IMG/VR virus record: IMGVR_UViG_3300034375_009028
Direction: 5' to 3' (one strand)
DNA from: a virus
Taxonomy: Duplodnaviria; Caudoviricetes
Length of the DNA: 64,000 nt
Shown here: one piece after another, positions 1 through 7,122 of the stretch
How the letters are laid out: the number at the start of each line of letters is the position of its first letter
Position numbering within the stretch: the stretch's first letter is position 1
The notes under the pieces: model-generated
Told to the model about the DNA's origin: nothing
The model's database searches: none
Seen by the model: only the letters and a program-made list of their open reading frames with translations
Program-made: the position numbers and the translations under genes

Positions 1-96
1 CTCATCTACCAGTTCATCCGCACTCAACACCAGAGCATTCCAAATCATATTGAACTGCTCCTCTGTGAGGTTCAATTGAATTGTTTTTTCAGTCAT
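1..96 (-). CDS. hypothetical protein (partial, runs off window start)
   Basis: ATG at 96 overlaps the stop of 93..389 (ATGA); open frame MTEKTIQLNLTEEQFNMIWNAL... Confidence 0.55.
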   Translation of the reverse strand, partial: MTEKTIQLNLTEEQFNMIWNALVLSADELVDE

Positions 97-389
97 CGTT
101 TGTTCCTCAACCACTTCTCAATATCATCTACAAGGTCAGCAATAATGGGGTCTTTGTCTTGTGTTTCGGCATCTCCCCACCAACGAACAATAATATCATA
201 AAGAGTTTCTGGATCAGTTCCACTAAGATACTGTTGTGCGTTGAGTGTTCTCCACATTACAATCTGTTCAAAACATTCTCCAAGACTGCGACAAACAAAA
301 CTATCCTCATCAATTCCATCAGGACCATCCCAGATTGTAGCAGTATATGTTTTGGTTGGATGTGGTGCATCAGTGATTTCAATTCTCAT
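93..389 (-). CDS. hypothetical phage protein
   Basis: 98-aa ORF, ATGA-coupled to both neighbours. Confidence 0.7.
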   Translation of the reverse strand: MRIEITDAPHPTKTYTATIWDGPDGIDEDSFVCRSLGECFEQIVMWRTLNAQQYLSGTDPETLYDIIVRWWGDAETQDKDPIIADLVDDIEKWLRNKR

Positions 390-568
390 GGGAAGGGTCT
401 CCGTCTTGGTTGGTTGAGGTCATTTACGATGCGTTGTGCTTCTTGTGGTGAATTACATTCTTCTACGATGTAACTGAAACCGTTGGAGAATGTCCTACGG
501 ATCTTGTTACCTTCAGCAGAATAAGATCCATACCTAACTGGAACTTGATTGAGGATTGCTCTAATCAT
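386..568 (-). CDS. hypothetical phage protein
   Basis: 60-aa ORF in a chain of 4-nt overlaps. Confidence 0.65.
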   Translation of the reverse strand: MIRAILNQVPVRYGSYSAEGNKIRRTFSNGFSYIVEECNSPQEAQRIVNDLNQPRRRPFP

Positions 569-735
569 TTCAAGAGATTATTCAAATGAGCAAGAGTTTC
601 TGCGGTCCAGTAGTTGCCGTCACCATGAGGAGGATACAACTTACTATACCACATACCATACAGATCTGGATTGATCTCTTGGATTTTCTCTAGAGTGTCA
701 GCAATCTGAAAGTCAAGAGTGTGCTGGTCGTTCAT
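565..735 (-). CDS. hypothetical phage protein
   Basis: Start re-called at MNDQHT (ATG 735 overlaps the upstream stop at 732-734); 56 aa. Confidence 0.65.
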   Translation of the reverse strand: MNDQHTLDFQIADTLEKIQEINPDLYGMWYSKLYPPHGDGNYWTAETLAHLNNLLK

Positions 736-926
736 TTTTGGAGGAGCAGGATGATAAAAGCGAAACCGAGAATAGCAGCAGCAAGTAGAAGACTGATCCA
801 CATAGGAGACAGCACCCATACCCAGGGCCAAGTAATATGCCCAGTTAGTTTGAGACCGATGAAGAGAATAGTTAGCAGACCAGGGAAACCAATGCCGCCA
901 GAAGAACTAGAAGTGTTGTTAGACAT
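732..926 (-). CDS. small two-TM membrane protein
   Basis: Start re-called at MSNNTSSSSGG; two hydrophobic segments around a WPWVWVLSPMW motif. Confidence 0.7.
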   Translation of the reverse strand: MSNNTSSSSGGIGFPGLLTILFIGLKLTGHITWPWVWVLSPMWISLLLAAAILGFAFIILLLQK

Positions 927-947
927 GGTTGTTTCGTTGATGTAGTT

Positions 948-1006
948 ATTATAGAGCAAAGGCACAGAGCCTGTGGGAAACCCTGTGCCAGTTTAGAAAG
1001 TGTCAG
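948..1006 (-). promoter_or_regulatory. sigma70-type -10 (TATAAT) with upstream 22-bp palindromic operator
   Basis: TATAAT at 953-948; GTGCCAGT-N6-AGTGTCAG at 985-1006, 31 bp upstream; weak -35. Confidence 0.6.
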
Positions 1007-1041
1007 TCGTAATTTCCCTAGAGATTTGTATAGGTTTTCTT

Positions 1042-1236
1042 TCAGTCATCGGTTTCATCAGAATAATTCACATAAAGATTGTCACCACCGATATTGAGGT
1101 GATAGATTTTGCCATTGTTGAGATAGATTCCTAACCATACTGCTCGACCCTGCTCCATAGTTTCATAATGGACCATCTTAACATCCTCCAGAACTATTTC
1201 GTCTGGATTCTTAATGAATCTACTCATCTTCATCAT
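1042..1236 (-). CDS. hypothetical phage protein
   Basis: 64-aa ORF overlapping the upstream gene end. Confidence 0.65.
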   Translation of the reverse strand: MMKMSRFIKNPDEIVLEDVKMVHYETMEQGRAVWLGIYLNNGKIYHLNIGGDNLYVNYSDETDD

Positions 1237-1582
1237 CCCACATATCTTTGAGATGATCCATTACTTCATCCATAGAATATGTCTCCACCTTACCCAGTTC
1301 AATGTCCTCAACCATTTGCATCAGATATTCAAGAAACTCTTTAGGATACACATCATCTTCATTTAGACATGCCCAGAACCATTCAAGACATTCTTGTTCT
1401 GGATCATCTACTGTTCTTGGTAGAGCATAGACCTCATAGTTTGATCCCATGAGATCTGCCCACATACGGAAGTTATGTTGAATACTCTGCCATCCTGTCA
1501 TCCAACAATGACCAATCCAATACTCCCACCAGTTCATCTTAGTTTTATTTGGATGGGTTCCTTTTATTGGTGTGCTAAACAT
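1220..1582 (-). CDS. hypothetical protein (Trp-rich, acidic)
   Basis: 120-aa ORF, coupled to 1582..1881. Confidence 0.7.
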   Translation of the reverse strand: MFSTPIKGTHPNKTKMNWWEYWIGHCWMTGWQSIQHNFRMWADLMGSNYEVYALPRTVDDPEQECLEWFWACLNEDDVYPKEFLEYLMQMVEDIELGKVETYSMDEVMDHLKDMWDDEDE

Positions 1583-1881
1583 TATTCTGTGAGTCCTATA
1601 GTTGGATCAACATCATCAAGAGAGGTATCAAATTCAACTTCTTCCCTGTAATCCCAGTTCCATGTTCTTTCAATAATTCCAACATCAATACCGAATCGGT
1701 ATGCCCAGAACATAATACTCAACGTGCTACCACATCCAGATTTGATCTGTAGATATGGCCAACTGGCATAATCATTCCAACTTACAGAACCTTGGAAGAG
1801 TGCCCAGTTCTTCGTGTGTAAGATTTGAGCATACCAATCGTGTCCATAATCTTCACGATGCTTAAGTGTGATTAGTTTCAT
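1582..1881 (-). CDS. hypothetical phage protein
   Basis: 99-aa ORF with overlaps on both sides. Confidence 0.7.
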   Translation of the reverse strand: MKLITLKHREDYGHDWYAQILHTKNWALFQGSVSWNDYASWPYLQIKSGCGSTLSIMFWAYRFGIDVGIIERTWNWDYREEVEFDTSLDDVDPTIGLTE

Positions 1882-2276
1882 TTTTGGATATCAAATGTAG
1901 GAACAGGAGCACCACCATTACTGGGAATCATATACACAGTGCGGTTAGAATCTTTCTCACCTTCAGTAATCCAAAGATACTGAAGATAAGCAGGATTATC
2001 CTTCAAACTCTCACCAATGATTTGGTTTGCTTGTGCAACACCAGTAGCACGAATAACTTCTGCATCAGCAAGTTGCTTTGCAGAATCCTTTTTTGCTTGT
2101 GCTTCAAGCACTGCTACCTGGCGAGTATATTCTGCCTTTTGAAGTTCTGCTTTACCTTGAAGTGATTGTGCCCACACATTATACAGCGGACCAACCACTG
2201 CATTGATTAAAATCAAAGACAAAAGAATAGAAGCACCAACAATAGTAAAGTTTCGAACAGTGTTGTCTTGAGTCAT
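1878..2276 (-). CDS. membrane-anchored coiled-coil protein (SPFH/band-7 C-terminal-like)
   Basis: N-terminal TM helix, Ala/Glu/Lys coiled coil, and a YLQYLWI..L/VYMIP end typical of SPFH-like phage proteins. Confidence 0.6.
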   Translation of the reverse strand: MTQDNTVRNFTIVGASILLSLILINAVVGPLYNVWAQSLQGKAELQKAEYTRQVAVLEAQAKKDSAKQLADAEVIRATGVAQANQIIGESLKDNPAYLQYLWITEGEKDSNRTVYMIPSNGGAPVPTFDIQK

Positions 2277-2395
2277 TTTTCATTCTCCAAAGTGGATTTT
2301 AGTAGTTCATTCATAATGCGACGATCACGATAGTTTAGAATAATGTCCATCACACAATATCCGAAGGCAAATCCTGCCATAATAGTAGTAATCAT
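2273..2395 (-). CDS. 40-aa membrane micro-protein (not in ORF track)
   Basis: MITTIMAGFAFGYCVMDIILNYRDRRIMNELLKSTLENEK; ATGA overlaps at both ends. Confidence 0.6.
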   Translation of the reverse strand: MITTIMAGFAFGYCVMDIILNYRDRRIMNELLKSTLENEK

Positions 2396-2790
2396 TTTCC
2401 TCCTTTAGTTAAGATTTCATAGTTTTGTACTATACCATTCTTAAAATGAATACGGCAATCTGGCCAGTCTTCCCAATCACCTTGCCAATTCTGTGGGTAT
2501 ATTACCACATATTTGGTGATATTCCATGGTCTTACTTTACCATGAGTTCCGTTTGGAATCCACCTAAAGTTTAAGAGTGCTAACTTATCATTATACCCGT
2601 CATCGCCTTCTTTGAGTTCCACAAAGTCAGCAGTAAGGGAGTAATCGATCAAATACAGTTGACCATCAGGAGAAATCCAGTATTGAGACATTGTGCCACC
2701 AATACCATCTTCAATATCTTTTGTTTGGCAGTTGCCAGAGAAGTGCTCACCAAGATAATAAGAGCTTCTCACATAGTCAAACATTCCCAT
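2392..2790 (-). CDS. hypothetical phage protein
   Basis: 132-aa ORF starting MGMFDY, coupled to neighbours. Confidence 0.75.
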   Translation of the reverse strand: MGMFDYVRSSYYLGEHFSGNCQTKDIEDGIGGTMSQYWISPDGQLYLIDYSLTADFVELKEGDDGYNDKLALLNFRWIPNGTHGKVRPWNITKYVVIYPQNWQGDWEDWPDCRIHFKNGIVQNYEILTKGGK

Positions 2791-3356
2791 TATGCTACTC
2801 CGTTGAGTTTGGACTGCTCATACAGGTCAATCATCTCTCCCAGTTGGTCGTCAGAGTATATAGCGAAGCGTTGAAAACGACGATAGAGTTGCCAATAACT
2901 TGTCTCCCATTGATGCTCACGCTCTTCATCAGTCATTTGCTCCCAATCACCTTTGATCTTGGGTTCACTACCAAAGTTCTTTTCGTATTGAGCATTGATC
3001 TTTGCCCATTGAGCATCACGCTCTTTGAAGTCCTGGTATTTCTTCTCCAGGTCCTCATCCATGGTCAGTTCATACTCATTACATACCTTACGCTGCTCTT
3101 CTTCAAGCACCATGTCATTGAAGACAAGAGACATAGCACCACTACGAATAGAACTGGGGCACATACCCACACAGAGCATGAACTTCTCAAACAGTTTGAA
3201 ATACTGTTTGGCATTGAGATCAGCAGCAGGTGCAGTGATCAGGTAATGCTCTTCAGGGATGAAGTCATCATCACCAATGGTAGAACCAAACCCACCACTA
3301 TAGGAGTGAGTGTAAGTTGCATCAAACTTGAATTGAACTTCTGCGTTGTAAGTCAT
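2790..3356 (-). CDS. hypothetical phage protein
   Basis: 188-aa ORF directly downstream of a sigma70 promoter. Confidence 0.75.
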   Translation of the reverse strand: MTYNAEVQFKFDATYTHSYSGGFGSTIGDDDFIPEEHYLITAPAADLNAKQYFKLFEKFMLCVGMCPSSIRSGAMSLVFNDMVLEEEQRKVCNEYELTMDEDLEKKYQDFKERDAQWAKINAQYEKNFGSEPKIKGDWEQMTDEEREHQWETSYWQLYRRFQRFAIYSDDQLGEMIDLYEQSKLNGVA

Positions 3357-3379
3357 GATGTCTGATTGATTATAAAAGT

Positions 3380-3438
3380 ATTATACATTAAAAAAGCACC
3401 CAGTACAAGGGGTGCTGTGACAGTCATTTAACTGTCTC
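3380..3438 (-). promoter_or_regulatory. sigma70 promoter embedded in a terminator, with 22-bp palindromic operator
   Basis: TTGTAC (3408-3403)-N17-TATAAT (3385-3380); hairpin GCACCC/GGGTGC (3396-3415) plus T6; GTGACAGT-N6-ACTGTCTC at 3417-3438. Confidence 0.7.
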
Positions 3439-3642
3439 TTGCCGTGTGTATTCAACATCATTCCAATGCCTTACCGCGTTGGCAACAATGGCAATATTAG
3501 TGAGAAGATAAGTACAAAATATAAAAGTCCGTAGCACAGCCACGTAATCTGCTTCTCTGTCATTGCTTCCTGCCTTTTCTCCAAGTGCTTTTGCCCAGAT
3601 TCTCCATAAAAACTTTCTTCTATTTTTGTTTTTCTTGCCCAT
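3424..3642 (-). CDS. small membrane protein
   Basis: 72 aa; basic N-terminus and one TM helix. Confidence 0.7.
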   Translation of the reverse strand: MGKKNKNRRKFLWRIWAKALGEKAGSNDREADYVAVLRTFIFCTYLLTNIAIVANAVRHWNDVEYTRQETVK

Positions 3643-4186
3643 GGAGTAAACCTTGCAGTAAATGAGTCGCTTCTGAAAATCTATCTACATAATGAATTAA
3701 CTTCATGTCTTTACTGGTGATAAAACCATTATCAAGCATCTCTTCTTCAATCCAGTGCTTTAATGTTCTCCACATCCTACCAACACAAATGATTGGTTTT
3801 TGATTCATGTGACCAACTTGAACTAATTGATAGATCAATGCCATCTCAAGAAGAGTCCCAACTCCACCAGGAGTGACAACAAATGCATCACACTCTGCAA
3901 ATGTTTTTAATCTAGAATAAAAAGTTTCGTGCTTTTCATATTCTTGAACGTAAGAATTAACTCCTTCTTCAAAAGGCAAATAAATTGCTTGTGCAATTGA
4001 GCAAAGGTGATCACCACCACATCCTTCCATAGCACCTTTGTTTGCTGCCTCCATTGTTCCAGGACCGCCACCAGTAACTACAGTCCAACCATTTGCAGAT
4101 ATATTCTTAGCTAATTTTTCTACTGCCCTATAAAGATTAGAGTCTGGATTTGTTCTTGCTGATCCAAAAATTGCTACTTTTTTCAT
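3620..4186 (-). CDS. LOG/SLOG-family nucleotide phosphoribohydrolase (lysine-decarboxylase-like Rossmann fold)
   Basis: VAIFGSAR, TGGGPGTMEAANKGA and PGGVGTLLE motifs. Confidence 0.85.
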   Translation of the reverse strand: MKKVAIFGSARTNPDSNLYRAVEKLAKNISANGWTVVTGGGPGTMEAANKGAMEGCGGDHLCSIAQAIYLPFEEGVNSYVQEYEKHETFYSRLKTFAECDAFVVTPGGVGTLLEMALIYQLVQVGHMNQKPIICVGRMWRTLKHWIEEEMLDNGFITSKDMKLIHYVDRFSEATHLLQGLLHGQEKQK

Positions 4187-4383
4187 TTCTTTTTAATAGA
4201 CATAATTTCTAACTTTGGTTTCCAATGTCTCATTCCTTTACATTCTATACCTCTCCTAATATATGAAGCTACCGCACTTTGAGCAGATTCTATTTCAAAA
4301 TAAACAGAAACTTCATCCTTACCATCAAGAACATAATCAACACAATAAAATCCCTGCTTTAAAGGATCATTACGTCTTTCCAT
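4183..4383 (-). CDS. hypothetical phage protein
   Basis: 66-aa ORF, ATGA-coupled to the LOG gene. Confidence 0.65.
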   Translation of the reverse strand: MERRNDPLKQGFYCVDYVLDGKDEVSVYFEIESAQSAVASYIRRGIECKGMRHWKPKLEIMSIKKK

Positions 4384-4384
4384 T

Positions 4385-4408
4385 AAAAAAGAGGGTCAAA
4401 TGACCCTC
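4385..4408 (-). terminator. rho-independent terminator after the homing endonuclease
   Basis: GAGGGTCA-TT-TGACCCTC followed by T6 on the minus strand. Confidence 0.75.
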
Positions 4409-4435
4409 TAATTATATCATGTATTCAGTTTTGAA

Positions 4436-4831
4436 TCAACCGATGGTTGGAGCAGTCAGAGCAACAGGAGTTGACTCAGCAACAAGATATTCAATTGCTC
4501 TACTAAATCTTGAAATATCATCCTGAAATAATCCCAATCCTCTATTGCATTGATGACAAATATGACCTCTAAATTTATTTGTTAGATGATCATGATCAAC
4601 AACCCAAATACTTGCATTTCCACCTGTACCAACTAATTGAGTTTCATTTCTCAAACATATCGGACAAGTATGATTTTTGTTTGGATAACCGTATTTTTCT
4701 TTCAATAGTTTTCTCTGTTTTGATAAAACTCTTGCACATTTTTTACATTCTGGTCTCAAATATTTTCCACCATTAGCAGGAGAAAAGTCAGAAGTTGGTA
4801 ATTGTTTTTTACATTTACTACAAGTTTTCAT
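4436..4831 (-). mobile_element. free-standing EndoVII-type (His-Me finger) homing endonuclease, F-CphI-like, with a psbA-derived C-terminal tail
   Basis: CxxC Zn knuckles; CPIC...VVDHDH...RGHICHQCNRGLG EndoVII motif; located directly 3' of psbA; ends AESTPVALTAPTIG. Confidence 0.85.
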
Positions 4832-4865
4832 TTTAAATATTCAATCATCTTCTGAAGAGTGCTGA

Positions 4866-4873
4866 TATTTATA
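4866..4873 (-). promoter_or_regulatory. T4-type late promoter for the endonuclease
   Basis: TATAAATA, 35 nt upstream of ATG 4831, abutting the U-tract of the psbA terminator. Confidence 0.7.
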
Positions 4874-4898
4874 AAAAAAGGATCCCGAAGGATCCTTT
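4873..4898 (-). terminator. psbA terminator with C(UUCG)G tetraloop
   Basis: AAAGGATCC-TTCG-GGATCCTTT followed by a T run. Confidence 0.85.
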
Positions 4899-4918
4899 GC
4901 ACGACAATGATTTATTTA

Positions 4919-6001
4919 TCAACCAATGGAAGGAGCAGTCATTGCTACAGGAGTAGTAGATGCTGCTGCGAGATCCAGAGGAAAATTGTGGGCGTTGCGC
5001 TCGTGCATCACCTCCATGCCCAGACCAGCACGGTTCAGAACATCAGCCCAGGTGTTAATAACACGACCTTGACCATCAATGATGGACTGGTTGAAGTTGA
5101 ATCCGTTCAGGTTGAATGCCATGGTGCTAACGCCCAGTGCAGTGAACCAGATACCGACAACAGGCCATGCTGCGAGGAAGAAGTGCAGCGAACGGGAGTT
5201 GTTGAAGGAAGCGTATTGGAAGATCAGGCGACCGAAGTAACCATGAGCAGCAACGATGTTGTAGGTCTCTTCTTCTTGACCGAACTTGTAGCCGTAGTTC
5301 TGGGACTCACTCTCAGTGGTCTCACGAACCAGAGAAGAAGTAACCAGAGAACCGTGCATCGCACTGAACAGAGAACCACCAAAGACACCAGCAACACCCA
5401 GCATGTGGAAGGGGTGCATCAGGATGTTGTGCTCTGCTTGGAAGACAAGCATGTAGTTAAAGGTGCCACTGATACCCAGGGGCATAGCATCGGAGAAAGA
5501 ACCTTGACCAAAAGGATAGACCAGGAACACTGCACTCGCAGCAGCAACTGGAGCAGAATATGCTACACAGATCCATGGACGCATACCCAGACGGTAAGAA
5601 AGTTCCCACTCACGTCCCATGTATGCATAGATGCCGATCAGGAAGTGGAAGACTACCAGTTGGAAAGGACCGCCGTTATAGAGCCATTCATCAAGAGATG
5701 CTGCTTCCCAGATGGGATAGAAGTGGAGACCAATAGCATTGGAGCTAGGGATAACAGCACCAGAGATGATGTTGTTACCATACATGAGCGAACCAGCAAC
5801 GGGTTCACGGATGCCGTCGATGTCCACAGGGGGAGCACCAATAAAGGCAATGATGAAACAAGTAGTAGCGGCGAGCAGGCAAGGAATCATGAGGACTCCG
5901 AACCAACCAACATACAGACGATTGTCAGTGCTGGTTACCCAATTGCAAAACTGTTCCCAAGTATTCGATTGTTGTTGACGTGAAAGAGTAGATGAAGACA
6001 T
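4919..6001 (-). CDS. psbA: photosystem II reaction centre protein D1
   Basis: 360 aa, unmistakable D1 sequence ([38 protein letters not shown]); uninterrupted; Glu130 type. Confidence 0.99.
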   Translation of the reverse strand: MSSSTLSRQQQSNTWEQFCNWVTSTDNRLYVGWFGVLMIPCLLAATTCFIIAFIGAPPVDIDGIREPVAGSLMYGNNIISGAVIPSSNAIGLHFYPIWEAASLDEWLYNGGPFQLVVFHFLIGIYAYMGREWELSYRLGMRPWICVAYSAPVAAASAVFLVYPFGQGSFSDAMPLGISGTFNYMLVFQAEHNILMHPFHMLGVAGVFGGSLFSAMHGSLVTSSLVRETTESESQNYGYKFGQEEETYNIVAAHGYFGRLIFQYASFNNSRSLHFFLAAWPVVGIWFTALGVSTMAFNLNGFNFNQSIIDGQGRVINTWADVLNRAGLGMEVMHERNAHNFPLDLAAASTTPVAMTAPSIG

Positions 6002-6019
6002 TTTAATTAACTAGTAAGT

Positions 6020-6124
6020 AGATCCATCAGGGAAATGGTGGAGGTACTTATTTCCTAGACACCCTCAGTCTAGGATATGAGAGACGGATTGATATACCTG
6101 CCTAGTCTCGGTCAAGCGGCAGGT
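6020..6124 (-). ncRNA. structured psbA 5' leader (PhotoRC-II-like RNA motif)
   Basis: Hairpins ACCTGCC/GGCAGGT (6096-6124), TCCTAGAC/GTCTAGGA (6053-6075) and CCAT/ATGG (6024-6038); family name recalled, not searched. Confidence 0.55.
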
Positions 6125-6160
6125 GTTACAACGGTTAACAGAATGTTACATTCCTTAACG
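6125..6160 (+). promoter_or_regulatory. HLR1-like (RpaB-binding) direct-repeat array
   Basis: GTTACA, TTAACA, GTTACA, TTAACG starting at 6125, 6135, 6145, 6155 (exact 10-bp period). Confidence 0.55.
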
Positions 6161-6173
6161 TGTTGATTTATTT

Positions 6174-6202
6174 AGTGTACTTCGATTTTCCGTATTTGTC
6201 AA
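6174..6202 (-). promoter_or_regulatory. psbA proximal sigma70 promoter
   Basis: TTGACA (6202-6197)-N17-TACACT (6179-6174), followed by TAAATA. Confidence 0.7.
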
Positions 6203-6244
6203 TCCTTTATTTGGATTGAATCGGTGTGTCCCGAAGACTCACGT

Positions 6245-6274
6245 ATTATACATGGACCCCCCACAGAAGGTCAA
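6245..6274 (-). promoter_or_regulatory. psbA distal sigma70 promoter
   Basis: TTGACC (6274-6269)-N18-TATAAT (6250-6245). Confidence 0.6.
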
Positions 6275-7122
6275 GGGGCAGAATTTTTATACAAGTGACC
6301 AGAGGGAAGAAGGGATGTCATTGACCATTTATGTGCTAGATAACCCTCTGCTTTAACTGCCAATGCCTGATCATTACTATTAAAGATCATAAGTTCAGCA
6401 AACTGACCATCCAATTCTCTATTTTCTGCTCTGTTAACATGAATCAAAAACGTAGAGTTTGACATGTTAACTGCAGTAAAATATTCATCCGCAATATTAA
6501 TTCTTTGTGTTCCATTCATGCGACCATAGATATCATTACCAGAGAAGTCACAAATAGTAGAGTGAATAGTGTCTCCAAGATAAGGTCCACCTGCCCAATT
6601 TCTAGTATTTCCTCCAGAAAGAGCAAGTCCCGAAGATCCCAAACCATCAGTTTCAAACGCAGCAATAAATTGTGAGATATTTCCTGCTCTTAAATGAATA
6701 TCATTATTACTTCCGTCATTATCTAAAATACTCCAAATAGAATCTCTTTCATTCCCTACACCATTAATATTCAAAGCACCCACAATAATAATATTACCAT
6801 CTGTTATACCAAAATTAGTGTTTGATGCAGTCAATGCCCTATCAGTACCACTAACAAATGATCCATCAAAATCAATAGCATCAAGTCCATTCAATGTTGT
6901 AGTTGTTGGTGTATTAGTTCCAAAAATAGTAAAAGAATTACCAGATTTATCTGCTATTTCTGTTACAGTGGATCCAGATGTTGTAATAGTTGAAGAATCT
7001 GAAGCATCCCACCAAGCAACTAAAGAAGACTCATCCGATGGTCCCCAAGGATTAAGTGTAGAGAATGCAGTAGATCTTCTTCCAGCAAAAAAAGAACTAC
7101 TAAAAGAACTAAAAAATGGCAT
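6271..7122 (-). CDS. LamG/concanavalin-like (jelly-roll) virion protein
   Basis: WWDASDSSTI...DKSGN start and LDGQFAELMIFN...AEGYLAHKW end, typical of LamG-like phage domains. Confidence 0.65.
   Translation of the reverse strand: MPFFSSFSSSFFAGRRSTAFSTLNPWGPSDESSLVAWWDASDSSTITTSGSTVTEIADKSGNSFTIFGTNTPTTTTLNGLDAIDFDGSFVSGTDRALTASNTNFGITDGNIIIVGALNINGVGNERDSIWSILDNDGSNNDIHLRAGNISQFIAAFETDGLGSSGLALSGGNTRNWAGGPYLGDTIHSTICDFSGNDIYGRMNGTQRINIADEYFTAVNMSNSTFLIHVNRAENRELDGQFAELMIFNSNDQALAVKAEGYLAHKWSMTSLLPSGHLYKNSAP

Noticed and set aside
2659-3365. Plus-strand ORFs (71 and 224 aa) opposite 2392..3356
   Set aside because: Antisense to a tightly coupled minus-strand gene chain.
4859-5983. 374-aa plus-strand ORF antisense to psbA
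   Set aside because: Shadow frame produced by psbA codon bias; no recognisable motif, RBS or promoter.
4919-6001. Group I intron in psbA, or an unusual D1 isoform
   Set aside because: The ORF is continuous at 360 aa. Glu130 is the usual high-light-type residue, so not novel.
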